DNA of 64,000 bases from Asterias amurensis (GCF_032118995.1 NC_092661.1:19526621-19590620); one strand, 5' to 3'; shown: positions 38,611-50,309, counted from the first letter of the stretch. The notes: generated by a model from the sequence alone, not told the origin. Numbers and translations: made by a program.

Positions 38611-38684
38611 CTGCCAATAATTCCAATCTTTTCTTTTCTAGTTGATGCTGGTGGTGGTAGCTCTGCTGCACTAGAATCTGCCAT
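38611..38684 (-). CDS. CRYL1: CRYL1, exon 1 with start codon
   Basis: ATG GCA GAT TCT...: MADSSAAELPPPASTRKEKIGIIG(S), ending at donor GTATTC. Joins exon 2 in phase to give ...[14 protein letters not shown]. Total CDS 990 nt (329 aa), the same size class as human CRYL1 (about 320 aa). Confidence 0.7.
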
Positions 38685-38735
38685 TTTGTATCCACTTCCA
38701 GCAACGTTTGTTGTGTGGAGCCAAACTGGAACTTT

Positions 38736-38782
38736 TTGTTCTCAACTCAACCAATCAATCAATCAACTCAATCAATCAAATC
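38736..38782. promoter_or_regulatory. CRYL1: CAATCAAT repeat cluster (multiple inverted CCAAT boxes) just upstream of CRYL1
   Basis: CAACCAATCAATCAATCAACTCAATCAATCAAATCAAC lies 50-100 bp upstream of the CRYL1 ATG on the - strand; it reads as repeated ATTGG. Confidence 0.4.
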
Positions 38783-39689
38783 AACCCCTGCTTCAGTGCT
38801 TGTTGAAAACTTGAACTTGTTGGAACGTTGTGCGAGTTGTGGTTTGCAACTGAACTAGTTGAGACTGGCACAGTCCCTCCCATTGTTATCTTTCTCATCT
38901 CATTCATGGGGTCAATGATTTGGAAAAATAAAGATTGCACTTGTAAAAAAATATTGTAAAGCAGTAAACAATACACTTTTTGATACAGTTGACAAGGGGA
39001 ACGAGCGGAACTACATGATCTGGGTACGCGTTATGCTTCACGTCACGAACCCATTAATGCAGAACACAGTAAAATAAATGACCCCTGGATATACAGAGGA
39101 AAACATTACTAATATTGACCGTAAGGGGGCGTTATTGCTCGATGTTGAGTTGACGACGAAAGAGGGCGTTCTTGTAAAAGGTGGAGGTTTGACAGTTTTT
39201 GAAGTTTATTCCAACTCAATAAATCTTATCCAGATAGAAGCTACAAAACTGCTTTTCCAACAAACATGGGAAGTAGTTCAAGGTAAAGGCAGTATCCTCA
39301 GTTTTAATTTCTGTATTTTAATCCCCATGAAAACAAACAACATGTCAAAAATTAGGCTGTTCGTATGTAGTGCCCAGTTTCCGGACATTAGAACTGCTAC
39401 TCACCCGGCCTACTTTTAGGCTCCCTCGTGAGCCTTATAGGGGTCTTAATATTTTGGGCCTCCTCTTTAACGCTATTTGTTTTTATTAAAATCGGCATTG
39501 ATGGATGAAAGTTTTACGACCGTTAGCCACCAATAACTGAAGTTTCCTTTGTATATTGTAGTAAAAAAAAATTACAACAGTCATAACCAACAAAATTTTC
39601 CCAGACCCCACACACTCAAATAGACATAATGCTTGCATTTAATTTCCTTTTTGTTGAGTGAAGTTAAAAAACATCTTCAAAAAATGCAA

Positions 39690-40135
39690 CTAACTGCTCG
39701 GATACTCACTGTTCTTTTTCTGCCGCATCGCCAGTTTTTTTACTTCTCAATATATATGCTCAACGCTTTATTTTTTGGGTCACCAAGCGCTGAACCGCGG
39801 GTACAAGCCTATTGGATTGACGAACTGCCGCGGCCGAGTTAGACTAAAACCTTTCTGTGGAAGGGGTGTTACAGTTGGGCAGTGCGTGCAGCTATATGCG
39901 TGAACGGCGGGTATTGTAAACGGACAGCATTCACGCACTGCCGTACTGACTTTTAACACCCCTTTTACAGAATGGTTAAGTCCGACTCGGCTGCAGCTCA
40001 GCAGTTCCTCGATCTAGTAGGCTGGTGCTCGCGTGTACAGCGCTTGGTGACCAAAAATAAAGCGTTGAGCAAAGAAGTAAAAAAAAAAAGACTGTTTTTT
40101 TCAGTTGTTTTGCACTTAATGCTATTTTTGTTTTG
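39690..40135. mobile_element. foldback element B (about 200-bp inverted arms around a palindromic core)
   Basis: TTACTTCTCAATATATATGCTCAACGCTTTATTTTTTGGGTCACCAAGCGCTG pairs with CAGCGCTTGGTGACCAAAAATAAAGCGTTGAGCAAAGAAGTAA. The centre has GGGGTGTTACAGTTGGGCAGTGCGTG...CGCACTGCCGTACTGACTTTTAACACCCC. Confidence 0.7.
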
Positions 40136-40305
40136 CCTTGGCTATGTTATATTTGCCTTCCCAAAATAGCCAGTTTGCCGTTAATGATGATTTGTGGGAC
40201 ATAGCATTATAACAACAATCGGCATACATTTTGTAAACATTGAAATGGCATCCAGTATTTTGATTTTCTCAATTTATTTTTTAACCTTTGAACTTTTTAA
40301 ATTAG

Positions 40306-40400
40306 GGGAAAGAACTCTAAGGAAGAAAGCAGATCAAGTAAGCGTCATGTTAGCAGCAGTGGTAGCAGCGAGGACAGCAATTCAAGTAGTTCATCTTCAG
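40306..40400 (+). CDS. Lys/Arg/Ser-rich nuclear-type protein (unidentified family), Ser-rich exon; upstream exon(s) with the ATG not found
   Basis: Acceptor aaattAG. (G)KNSKEESRSSKRHVSSSGSSEDSNSSSSSS(E). Donor cagGTGATT. Only this frame joins the next exon in phase. The N-terminal exon is unresolved. Confidence 0.4.
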
Positions 40401-40724
40401 GTGATTTATTCTTGGCAACAAGAAACTTTATGAAATTATATTTCATTAATCAATATGACAACTCATGCTATTTGCCAGGTTTGCTGTTAAATTAAAATAT
40501 TCAAGGACACTCTCATTAGGGGGCTTGAGGATAGCACAAGGATTCTCAGTTGTGGACTTGGCCAACCCTTCCCCATGTAATCCCCTGGGTTTCTGGCGAC
40601 GCTACTGCTCTTTATGTATAATAAGGTTTTTACATACTATAATATCATAATCTTTGCTTGGGCATTTCTAAAATATCCCTGATATTTTTTTAAATTAAAT
40701 TTATTTCAAACTGTTCCCATGCAG

Positions 40725-40841
40725 AGTCCGAGTCAGAATCTAAGATTCACTTCAAGAAGCAGAAAGTAGACTCAGCAACTAAGAAGCAGCGGAAACGAGA
40801 AAAGAAACGAGAACGAGAGAAGAAGAAAAAGAAAGAAACAA
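40725..40841 (+). CDS. K/R/S-rich protein, exon (basic KRKREKK tract)
   Basis: Acceptor catgcAG. SESESKIHFKKQKVDSATKKQRKREKKREREKKKKKET. Donor aGTGAGA. In phase with the flanking exons. Confidence 0.5.
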
Positions 40842-41103
40842 GTGAGAATGGAATCATCTTAGTTTTTAAAGATTTGAAATAACAAGTTCCGCTTGAATAA
40901 TATTGAATAAAAGTGTTGTCAGATCTGATTATTTCCTTTGAAGAATTTTGTTTGTGTTTTTTGTAAGGAAGTGAGTTAAAAAAGCAACCAAGAAAATAAC
41001 TACTTGTAATTTCGTAACTAATTGTTTTGTCATGTCATACAATTCAATGCATTCTCTGCACAATCAAACCCAAAATACTTAATATTCTTTATTTTTTGTA
41101 CAG

Positions 41104-41168
41104 ATAAGATCTCCAAGGATGACTTTTACCACAAAAGCACAGAGTTCAGATTATGGCTTGTTGAAGAG
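41104..41168 (+). CDS. K/R/S-rich protein, exon
   Basis: Acceptor tgtacAG. (N)KISKDDFYHKSTEFRLWLVEE. Donor GTAATT. Confidence 0.6.
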
Positions 41169-41285
41169 GTAATTTATACAGCATTTTCCCCCATACAAGT
41201 TAAACATCCAGAATAGTACCTTTTTATAATTTCTTGTCATCTCATGCCTATTAATTAATACATATTGTGTTTGTGTCACTGTACA

Positions 41286-41378
41286 GAAGGGCAAATACTT
41301 TGATCAACTTACGGGTGCAAAAGCCAAGAACTATTTCAAGAAATTTGTGAAGAGATGGAATGCAGGGAAGCTTTCAAA
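41286..41378 (+). CDS. K/R/S-rich protein, exon
   Basis: Acceptor ctgtacAG. KGKYFDQLTGAKAKNYFKKFVKRWNAGKLSK. Donor GTTAGT. Confidence 0.6.
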
Positions 41379-41526
41379 GGTTAGTATTAGGCCTAACTCC
41401 ATGATTAGGCATAGTTGGTATTTAGATTAATCTTTCAATACCTTGCCTTTTATTGTTCTATCCCTTACATGTTGTTCCATTCTTTTAAAAATTGTGTTCA
41501 CCAATGTTGCTGTTATTTGGGAAAAT

Positions 41527-41730
41527 AGACACTGGACACTATTGGTAATTGCCAAAGACCAGTCTTCTCACTTGGTGAATCTCAACATATGCATAAAATA
41601 ACAAACCTGTGAAAGTTTGAGCTCAATCGGTCATCAAAGTTGGGAGATTATGATGAAAGAAAAAACACCTTTTGCACACGAAGCTGTGTGCTTTCAGATG
41701 CTTGATTTCGAGACCTCATAATCGAATCCA
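41527..41730 (+). mobile_element. MITE family M1, 5' half copy (in an intron of the K/R-rich gene)
   Basis: Matches the left half of M1 up to the central hairpin. Confidence 0.6.
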
Positions 41731-41957
41731 TTCCTTACACTTGCCTGTAGCTTTGTAGGCCTACACACTCTATAGCTTTACAATTGAATCAGTTGTACAC
41801 AACCATGGATGATCATCGGAATGTGTAAATGATTTTTGATAGTGGTTAGTGGGCTCCCAATCTAAAGCAAGTAGAAGGGGGTTTTATGTTTATATATTTC
41901 AAATTCCTGCCAATAAGTTATATTTAATCTTTTCTTTCTTTCTTTTCTCTATTGCAG

Positions 41958-42020
41958 AAATTTTATCGAGGAATAGACCATGAGGATGCCAGAGCATCTC
42001 TGACTAAATATAAATGGAAG
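41958..42020 (+). CDS. K/R/S-rich protein, exon
   Basis: Acceptor tattgcAG. KFYRGIDHEDARASLTKYKWK. Donor GTGATT. Confidence 0.6.
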
Positions 42021-42198
42021 GTGATTATCTTTAGTTGGCTCTTTGTTTTTGCGGCTGCATTTATATATTATTCATGTAACTTTTTCTCAATTCATTTTTA
42101 TCCCAGACAGCCCCAAAAAGCTTGCAATCACTTAATTTGACCAAATTAGTTGTTTGATTTCACTTTAATCTCAGAAACCCTTTTTAATATCTCTTTAG

Positions 42199-42441
42199 TT
42201 TGCAGAGCGTCACACACCCACAAACATAAAGAAGCTTGACATTGCCAGCTACGATAACAGACATAATACAACGCTTAGTGGAGATCACATGACCCCAGTG
42301 GCTGATGGTCTCATGAAACCCAAGACCTTCTCAACCTTCGGCAAATCAACAGCATCGGGATCAAGAGATGACAGTGATCAAATTGGACCAAGTCGACCTG
42401 TACAAGGACCCGCAAGGCCAGTACAGGGACCTATGCGACCA
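42199..42441 (+). CDS. K/R/S-rich protein, exon with a threefold GP-R-P(V)Q repeat
   Basis: Acceptor ctctttAG. FAERHTPTNIKKLDIASYDNRHNTTLSGDHMTPVADGLMKPKTFSTFGKSTASGSRDDSDQIGPSRPVQGPARPVQGPMRP. Donor GTAAGT. The acceptor could instead be the tgcAG 7 nt downstream, but that breaks the frame. Confidence 0.55.
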
Positions 42442-42908
42442 GTAAGTTATCCAATTGTTGTAATATGTATGTGATATGGTAAGGTTTGCGGTAACACCAT
42501 TAATGACTATCTCTGAATGAATTGGGGTGGTTCTGATGAGAACTGTTGGTTTCAAATCGACGTTTTGATCAGTATGCTCTGCTTGTCTTCTGGAGACAAT
42601 ATATGTATGTGTTTTTCCTTCTGTTTGTATTCTCAAATGATGGTTGCAACCAGGCCTCAAAACAACCCACATCAATTGCCGTGGTGCCCAGTGCTTGTGC
42701 TGTGGTGCCCTCTGCAAGAGGAATACAAACTTAGATTTTCCCCATGGAAGTGCTCCTTAGCGGAGGAAAATTGCAGTGCCCCTTCAAAAGCGAAATTCAA
42801 GGCCTGGCTGTAATCATTGTGGTATAGTGTAAAACTACCGCTAAATCATTTTGTAGTGAATTTAATTATTTCAAAATCAATCATTTTTTTGTTTTATCCT
42901 TCTTTTAG

Positions 42909-43004
42909 CCATCTTCGTCACAAGCTGAGTATGAAATTACACAAGAGCAGAGAATGAAGCAACTCAGGAAAGAGCGAAAACAGTTTAGAGAACATGATAA
43001 AATG
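42909..43004 (+). CDS. K/R/S-rich protein, exon
   Basis: Acceptor cttttAG. PSSSQAEYEITQEQRMKQLRKERKQFREHDKM. Donor GTAAGC. Confidence 0.6.
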
Positions 43005-43280
43005 GTAAGCCCAACATTGAAAACTCTCTTCAGCAGATAGTATAAATGTGGTGCAAACAGCTCCAGAGTCTCAGAGTATGGGGTAGTAGTAAATTTATGC
43101 TGAATGAGCATGTAGCGGATTAATGGAATTATGGTAGGAATTCTTTTACACTTGGACCATTGTATGTTCACAGTGACAGTGATTGTAACGAAAGCCAAAA
43201 CAATAAAGAAGCCACATTTTTTTGAACCGATTTTATCTTTCTAACCATCTTTGAAATGAATTGAATTTGTTTGTGTGCAG

Positions 43281-43411
43281 GTTATGGAAGAGCTTGCACC
43301 GAGGGCTACTGGCCATGACGCCAAGATTGAAAAGAGATTGCTCCGAGCAGAGCAGAGAAAACGAAAAGGAAACAGCCCTGAGACAAGAGAGTCATTCCTG
43401 TATGGGGGAAA
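43281..43411 (+). CDS. K/R/S-rich protein, exon
   Basis: Acceptor gtgtgcAG. VMEELAPRATGHDAKIEKRLLRAEQRKRKGNSPETRESFLYGG. Donor GTAAGT. Confidence 0.6.
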
Positions 43412-43477
43412 GTAAGTAATAATAACATCCCTAAAACAGTGCAATTCCAAAGATATGGTTGTTGTTCTTTAAAAGCA

Positions 43478-43636
43478 CGGGACACTATTGTTAATTACTC
43501 AAAATAATTGTTACCATAAAAACTTACTTGGTAACAAGCAATTGAGAGCTGTTGATAGTATAAAACATTGTGAGAAACGGCTCCCATTAAAGTAATACAG
43601 CATAGTTTTTGAGAAAGAAGTATTTTTGTATTGTTG
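43478..43636 (-). mobile_element. MITE family M1, partial copy
   Basis: Matches the right arm of M1 (GGACACTATTGTTAATTACTCAAAATAATTGTTACC...). Confidence 0.5.
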
Positions 43637-43795
43637 TTATCCAAGAGAAATTCTGTTAGCCCAGAGCCTCGGTTTTTATGCACATTTTGGTTTCTTTTCA
43701 AGAAGACAGCAGCTTGAGAAAAGACTACTTTACAGGATTCTCTTTTAGGATGAAATGACTCTATTAAATGTTTCCGTTTATCCCTTGACCAATAG

Positions 43796-43919
43796 GACTG
43801 ACATTCAGTCACAGGTAGATGCACAAAGGCATAAAAAGGAGCAGAGAAAAGAGCATTGGGAGAACAAAGCTGCCACCAAAGCAGAGGAATATAGGGCGAA
43901 GGAAAAGGCAAAGATGTCT
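43796..43919 (+). CDS. K/R/S-rich protein, exon
   Basis: Acceptor ccaatAG. (K)TDIQSQVDAQRHKKEQRKEHWENKAATKAEEYRAKEKAKMS. Donor GTAAGT. Confidence 0.6.
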
Positions 43920-44274
43920 GTAAGTACAAAGTGACATAATATCTCTTGCAATGGACCCTTCCCATGAAATATGCTAATTACATTTACGCATGCATACAGA
44001 CCCTGTTGGTTGGCAAACGCCATAGAGTTGTGCACTAAGCAGACGCGCAATCGCGTCTGCGTCACGCACCCATTAGCCGTGTACAAAACAGCGCGATGTT
44101 CCCTCATTTTGCCAACCAAAACGTTAGTGCGCATGCGCTATTTGCAATTTACATATTTCATGGGAAGGGTCTATTCAGCTACCTACCAGACCTGTTGAAC
44201 AATGTCATCAGGATCTTACAATGACTTATAAATGCGCTTTACATTAGTGCCTTAGTCATTGGGCCAATAACATT

Positions 44275-44530
44275 CCTGTTATCTTTCTCAGCTCGCTGGG
44301 AGTATAACAGCGCGGGCTACCGTACGCTGTGCTCAGTAGGCTTTTTTATACACAATATCTACCTCTACCCTGGCAGGTACCCGTTTATATATACCACTGG
44401 GTGAAGAGCAATTCAATGAAGTGTCTGTTCAAAGACATGAGTGTCATGACTAGGATTCGAACCCACATCCCTAAGGCCTAATTACCAGAACTTGAACTTC
44501 ATGATCTTTACTGCTCGGCCATGACACCCT
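44275..44530 (-). mobile_element. SINE family S2 (tRNA-Ser/Leu-like head GTCATGGCCGAGCAG...GGGTTCGAATCC)
   Basis: tRNA type-II-like head on the - strand. Its body shares GAATTGCT..TCTTCACCCAG and TGTATACTCCCA blocks with the 56758 copy. Confidence 0.55.
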
Positions 44531-44806
44531 ATTGAAACATGTGATGATTGGGCAACTTCTAAAGATTAACCAAACCTAGTGACCTTAATGAACTATTGTG
44601 TAAAATAGTCTGCATCCAGTTTATGTTTGCCAGTGGCACTGCATCTTGCTGGCAAACAAAATGCAGGGAGGCATCGAACAATCATATTCAAATCAGCAAT
44701 TTCAGTAGACCAAATTGGTGGAGGTTTATCTATCATCCCCAAAACTCTGAAAAGCATTTCCACAAATATCTTAAACTTATTGTTTGAACTATGTTTTTGT
44801 ACACAG

Positions 44807-44857
44807 GCACTGTTGGAGCTTGCAAGAGCAAACAAAAGTGAGAATGCACTCTGGTGA
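44807..44857 (+). CDS. K/R/S-rich protein, terminal exon with stop
   Basis: Acceptor gtacacAG. ALLELARANKSENALW*. The terminal exon assignment is tentative. Confidence 0.4.
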   Translation, partial: ALLELARANKSENALW

Positions 44858-45574
44858 TTGACATGAGGGATGATGAACAAAGCACAGAGCTTACTGATGA
44901 TGAACTTTAACAAATACCACAGCTCCATGTGTCTTTCCAAGTGTACATACATACCAACAACTTCTATTACTTCAGGTATCCGTATATTTATGTTTAAGTT
45001 TGAACTCTCTTTGATCTTAGTGATTGGATTTGTTGGGAATTGGCAACTAGGTGCAACAAAAGATTGTCAACAATTTTGTTTTTAAATTTTTTAATTACAG
45101 TATTTGGATTACAGGTTTTGTCTAGGTTTATTTTAGATAATATTTTATGGGTGTCCCTAATGACTTCAAATTGTGTATTAAAGATTTTTTATTTTTGTAA
45201 CATAATAGACTTTTATTTGATACATGTCATCAAATTTGTAAAGGGTTATTCCTTGCTTCGTTAGAATCGGTGTACAATAGCTTATGGGCTACTAGAAGAA
45301 AAAACCTTATTAGAAGAAATTACCTTTGCAAGAACGTTAACTAGTTAAGGGTGGCAAAGATCCAAACTTGTACACACATTTCATGTAGTTTCATGGCAAA
45401 ATCATTATTTCAGATTTAAACGCATGACTCGACAATCAGTCTTATTTTTACTTTCATGAATTTTTAATCAAACACTTCTAGAAATGCAAATGCTCCTGTA
45501 TCAAATAATCCATTCTATCTGGTATCCAGGCTCCCAATCACAACCTGCTATGCAGATTGTTTGATAGGCACCAG

Positions 45575-45960
45575 TTAAAGACATTGGACACTATTGGTAA
45601 TTGTCAAGGACCAGTCTTCTCACTTGTTGTATCTCAACATATGCATAAAATAACCAACCTGTGAAAATTTGAGCTCAATTGGTCGTCGAAGTTGTGAGAT
45701 AACTATGAAAGAAAAAACACCCTTGTCACACGAAGTTGTGTGCTTTCAGATGCTTGATTTCGAGACCTCAAATTCTAAACTTGAGGTCTCGAAATCAAAT
45801 TCATGGAAAACTACTTCTTTCTCGAAAACTACTTCACTTCAGAGGGAGCCGTTTCTCACAATGTTTTATACTATCAACCTCTCCCCGTTACTCGTTACCA
45901 AGTGAGGTTTTATGCTGCTAATTATTTTGAGTAATTACCAATAGTGTCCACTGCCTTTAA
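45575..45960 (+). mobile_element. MITE family M1, full copy
   Basis: Both TIRs with flanking TTAA. Confidence 0.8.
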
Positions 45961-48900
45961 ACCATGAGACTCACTTTGATTCCCACAGTTGTGTGAATAA
46001 GAAATCCAAGATGGCTGCTGTGAGAGAAAGTCTGTATCAATGATATAATTTAAGACTTTTTAGTCTACAATTTATTTTTCGTTTGTCTATATTAATAATA
46101 GTTTGGGATGTACAGTTTAATTGCTTTGACAAATTTCTTATTTAAGATGAATTAAAACAATAACAAACAGTAATAAATGTTCCTAATGATTCATCTTTTT
46201 GGTGTGGCTTACAATAACAACATGACAACGTATTAGAGTTTCAATGGTTGTAAGTTTATTTCATTTTTGTTCAGGGATTAATTTTGGTGGTGGTAATGGC
46301 CTTGAAAATGTTCTTGTATTCTTCCAAAAATGAGTGTTCCTTTGCTTAATTACTTGAAAATTAACGTTGGATCAAATATTGAGTAAGATAAATGAGCAGA
46401 TTGAGGACAACAGTAAATTGCATTGACAAATAGAATTGCAATGTGTAAATATGTTTGGATACAAAATAATTGATCGTTTGGTTGAGAGTAAATAAGAGAG
46501 AAAAATAACAGTAAATATCAATCATACATGTCTACAATAGTGACCTTGGCTAAGTAACCAATAAGACATGCTAAAACCTTTAACTTTCCAATACTTGTTA
46601 TATCACAAATATACTACACCACCAAGACATCCCCAACAAAATTCAAAACTCTGTAAAATTAAACAAGACTAATAAGTGCATGACAAAAATGCATACTGAA
46701 GAGATTGGCACTGAAACTTTGAAGGGGTATGGTAGCTTTGAAGTGGTATGGTAACCTCTTAAACCACTCCAGAAAGGTTCATTATTGTGCATTTCATTCA
46801 AACAATGCATTGCTTAACATATAACAAGTTTACACCAAAATGTATGAAATATTTCAGGGCTTTTGCATATTTTGGTTCAGAATTTTTACTTGTATGTTGG
46901 CTCGCACCTTGTTTTCACATATATAAATAGGTTTTTTAAAGAGTTCATTGGGCCGATTTAGTGTGAATCAATCTTAATTGCTAAGCAAAGTGTGATGTCA
47001 CAATACAAATCACTATGGTAATACTGACACTCATCTTAAGATTAATCTTATTGGTGCCTTATGAAATCCAGCTCTAGTTAAAGAATTTTGACAGATACGT
47101 AGTTTTGATGTATTCAGGCTCATGTGAGATAATAACTCCATTATTACTGGTTCACAATGGCGTATTAGTTCAAACCATTGCTACTTGTCCCATATACTAC
47201 AGTTGTGTTTAAGTGATAAATAAAGGACTCCCACATTGTGACTTGTCCCAATCCATTATTATTGAAAGCCTTCTGTTACACAGATTACATCACACACGCT
47301 TGGTTTGGGAGTCCACATAGAACCTTCTTTGATAACAAAAATATGGCCATATGCAAAAAATAGTTCATACCTCGACGTTTCAACTCGCCTAGCAGAGTCT
47401 TTCTCAAAGGCTAAAGGAACTTAAATGTTGACATATCAACCTTTTATTTCAAGTCTTTCATTTCAATGTAGATTTGTGTACAAACATGCACAGTTAGACT
47501 GTGTTCATCTGTGTTGATGACTACAATATAACTTAATGAACTAAACCACTATTTTATAACTCCATATTTACGATAATCTTAATCCCCACAGCATGAACCA
47601 GAGAAAAGTAGAAAATGTTATCAAACCGATAGAAAATTGTTAAAAAGATTATTTAGTTTTGTACTTTTCAAATTAATTTATTGCTAAGGTCAAGTTATCC
47701 ATACTTGTAACACAAGCTGCAACAAATTAAAAGTTTGAACCACTTTCATAAATTTGATATGATATCAATACTGAACGACGCTGATATCACTGCTGGAACT
47801 TTCAACACACTTGATCATAAAAAGATGATTCTACATCAACACCACAATTACCTGAAGGCCAATCCCACAAAACTTTAAATTGACTGTGAAATATCTAAAT
47901 ATATCCTGATAAGATACAACCCATACCAAGTATAACAAATGACATCCCTCTACCAAGTACATTGATGTAAATACAAAAAGGTGAAAATATATATTTATAC
48001 ATTTGTAAAATGCATATACACCAAACTCCACTTGTAAAAAAAAAAGTCAGCTGACAATACTAAATATAATTCTACAGAAAACACACATATCTCATTGAGA
48101 TATGAATCTGTCAGACTTTAAAAATTGGATTACAAATTAATAAGAATGTCATCAGTTTATGTGCACATTATTTCATTACATCATAACATCCCCTTGTGAG
48201 ACCAGCTTCATTTTTATATTGTGTTGTTGATGGAATGTTAAAAGCCGGTCTTGAGCCAATATTACATTGTTATGCGGAAATCGCTCAAAAGTACCATCAA
48301 ATTCAACAGTAACAATGGATAAAAAATAACTAAACAATTATTTATTCTTGCTTTTTTAATAGTATTGGCCCAGCTTTATCAACGCAACTGACCACTGAAA
48401 TCAAAATAGTATAACCATTTTCTGTATACATAATTTTTTACCGAAGTATATTCAAAATTCATTCCAAAATACAGATATATATTGATAAAATATTTAAATT
48501 CCATATACACGCAGATACTTTTGTTCTGTCCATAACACAAACAATGGGGTTTGTTATTACTTGATGCAGAATTGTAAAAACTAAAACATAATCAATATTT
48601 AGTGTGTCTTTGAGACATGTCCATGTAACCATGATAACTACAACAAACAATACATGAATAGGTGACCTTCAAAAATGTATTCAATATTTTACATATTCAC
48701 ACAATTCAGCAACATTAAGTGAGTTTAAAAAATGTTGATATACAAGAGTATTAATAAACTGATCACACAACCTTTCAAAAAACTCTCTCCAAAACTATAG
48801 GCACTGTTTGTGTATTATACAAATAGATAACATTTAATCAACTTTTCTTTATCTACCAATATACCTGGTTTAAAAAACTGAGAGAGACCACAAAAATACT

Positions 48901-49358
48901 TAGTACTAATCCTTTAAGTTCCATTGATTTTCATGATTATGCTCGAAAGTGGCAAAGCATGACAGCACATTTGACATAACTTGCATAAAATTTGCATTCA
49001 TTTGCATGGTAATAGAAAGTATTCAGAAACAAAAAACAACAGATCACAATATTTTTCTGACTCTACCCAAATACAGTTTGACCATAATTTTTTCAGCATA
49101 GAATGGATGAAAAGAAAACGGATGAAATCTCACTTACAAAAAAAAAACAAATGATGGCAAGCCTCTTTGAGGCAGTAGGTCAATCTAGTTGAAAAACAAT
49201 TACATAAACTGGCTATAAAATAAATTTACCCCAAAGCATCACCATATCTCTTAATGAAACCAACCAATGACATGGAGTGTATTAACAGCTCAAGGTAATA
49301 CAGTATAACTCATCTGATTGGACATAATTTCCTTTAAAGAATATATCTTCACGACAGA

Positions 49359-49512
49359 CGGCCAATCCTCACAGGTCTTCTAGAAGCTGTAGGTAGAAAG
49401 GTACTTGCCCAAGCTGTCTTAGTAGTTTGTTGGTCTTGAACATCACAGGGCAGTCCAGAGAAATGCAGCCATGTGTTCCCTGCTCACTAAAATTGCAGCA
49501 ACTTGCACAAAT
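49359..49512 (-). CDS. REV3L: REV3L (DNA polymerase zeta catalytic subunit), terminal exon with stop
   Basis: ICASCCNFSEQGTHGCISLDCPVMFKTNKLLRQLGQVPFYLQLLEDL* matches human ICKNCTGCFDRHIPCVSLNCPVLFKLSRVNRELSKAPYLRQLLDQF* (CysB / Fe-S motif). Confidence 0.85.
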
Positions 49513-49782
49513 CTATCAGAAAAAAACAAAACATCAACACAAATCAACTTGTGTGGCAACACAAACCCTCACTAACCAGAATTCCCATCTAGCCTTTGAG
49601 TAACACTTCGCTAGCGTGGAAACACAAAGCTATTAGTAATTGCTTTCATTTATAGCGTCAGTCTTTCACTCGGTTAGCAGTTTGCAACAGCTAAGTTATT
49701 TTCTGATTAAAACTTTGTTTGGTAAACATAAATCTTGCTGAGTTAACTGGCAGCCTGAGGTCAATAACTAATCAAGAGCTAC

Positions 49783-49944
49783 CTTGGCAATGTCTTGCTG
49801 CGCTTTCTGCCATTGCTGAACCCGACTCATGAGGGCGGTAGACGTGACTTGACTTTTACTCTTACATTCATCGCAGATACTTGTCTGGGTGACTTTCTCA
49901 CAGATGACGCAATTCAAACTGACAAAGTATTGGGATATCGTACC
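49783..49944 (-). CDS. REV3L: REV3L exon (C-terminal zinc-finger CysA region)
   Basis: GTISQYFVSLNCVICEKVTQTSICDECKSKSQVTSTALMSRVQQWQKAQQDIAK matches human GTISQYFTTLHCPVCDDLTQHGICSKCRSQPQHVAVILNQEIRELERQQEQLVK. Confidence 0.85.
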
Positions 49945-50309
49945 CTGAAAATTGAAAACAGTTTCAGATGACAGAATCTCTAAAGATAATAAAATAAAGA
50001 CAATGGCTACAAAATACTAATCCTGGAGAAAATGAAATGTAAAAGGATTTTGTCTTCACACAAAACTGAAAATAATCCCAAAATCTGTTGATAAAGAAAC
50101 CAAGTAGAGGGTGGTCTACCAATAGATCACAGGAATGGAGTTTTGATTATCCAACTGTCATTGGACAATTGGTTTGTTTGTTAGTTTCAAATAAGCCAAT
50201 CACTGAGAAGATGAGCCAACACTTTGGCAGTTTCCATGTTTTGTTTTCTTCCTATTGGCTAACTGATGTTTCAAAAGATGTCTTATTTAAAATAAAAAAA
50301 GTGTTAAAC

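Noticed and set aside
39078-39419. 113-aa + strand ORF with ATG and a GTAAAG donor, as the first exon of the K/R-rich gene.
   Set aside because: Its only plausible donor (39283) leaves phase 1, which is incompatible with the phase required by the 40306 exon. No homology recognised. Kept only as a note in the findings.
39970-40090. ATG-initiated ORF MVKSDSAAAQQFLDLVGWCSRVQRLV as the missing first exon.
   Set aside because: It lies within the inverted arm of foldback B (its sequence is the mirror of 39770-39840). The apparent coding potential is a by-product of the palindrome.
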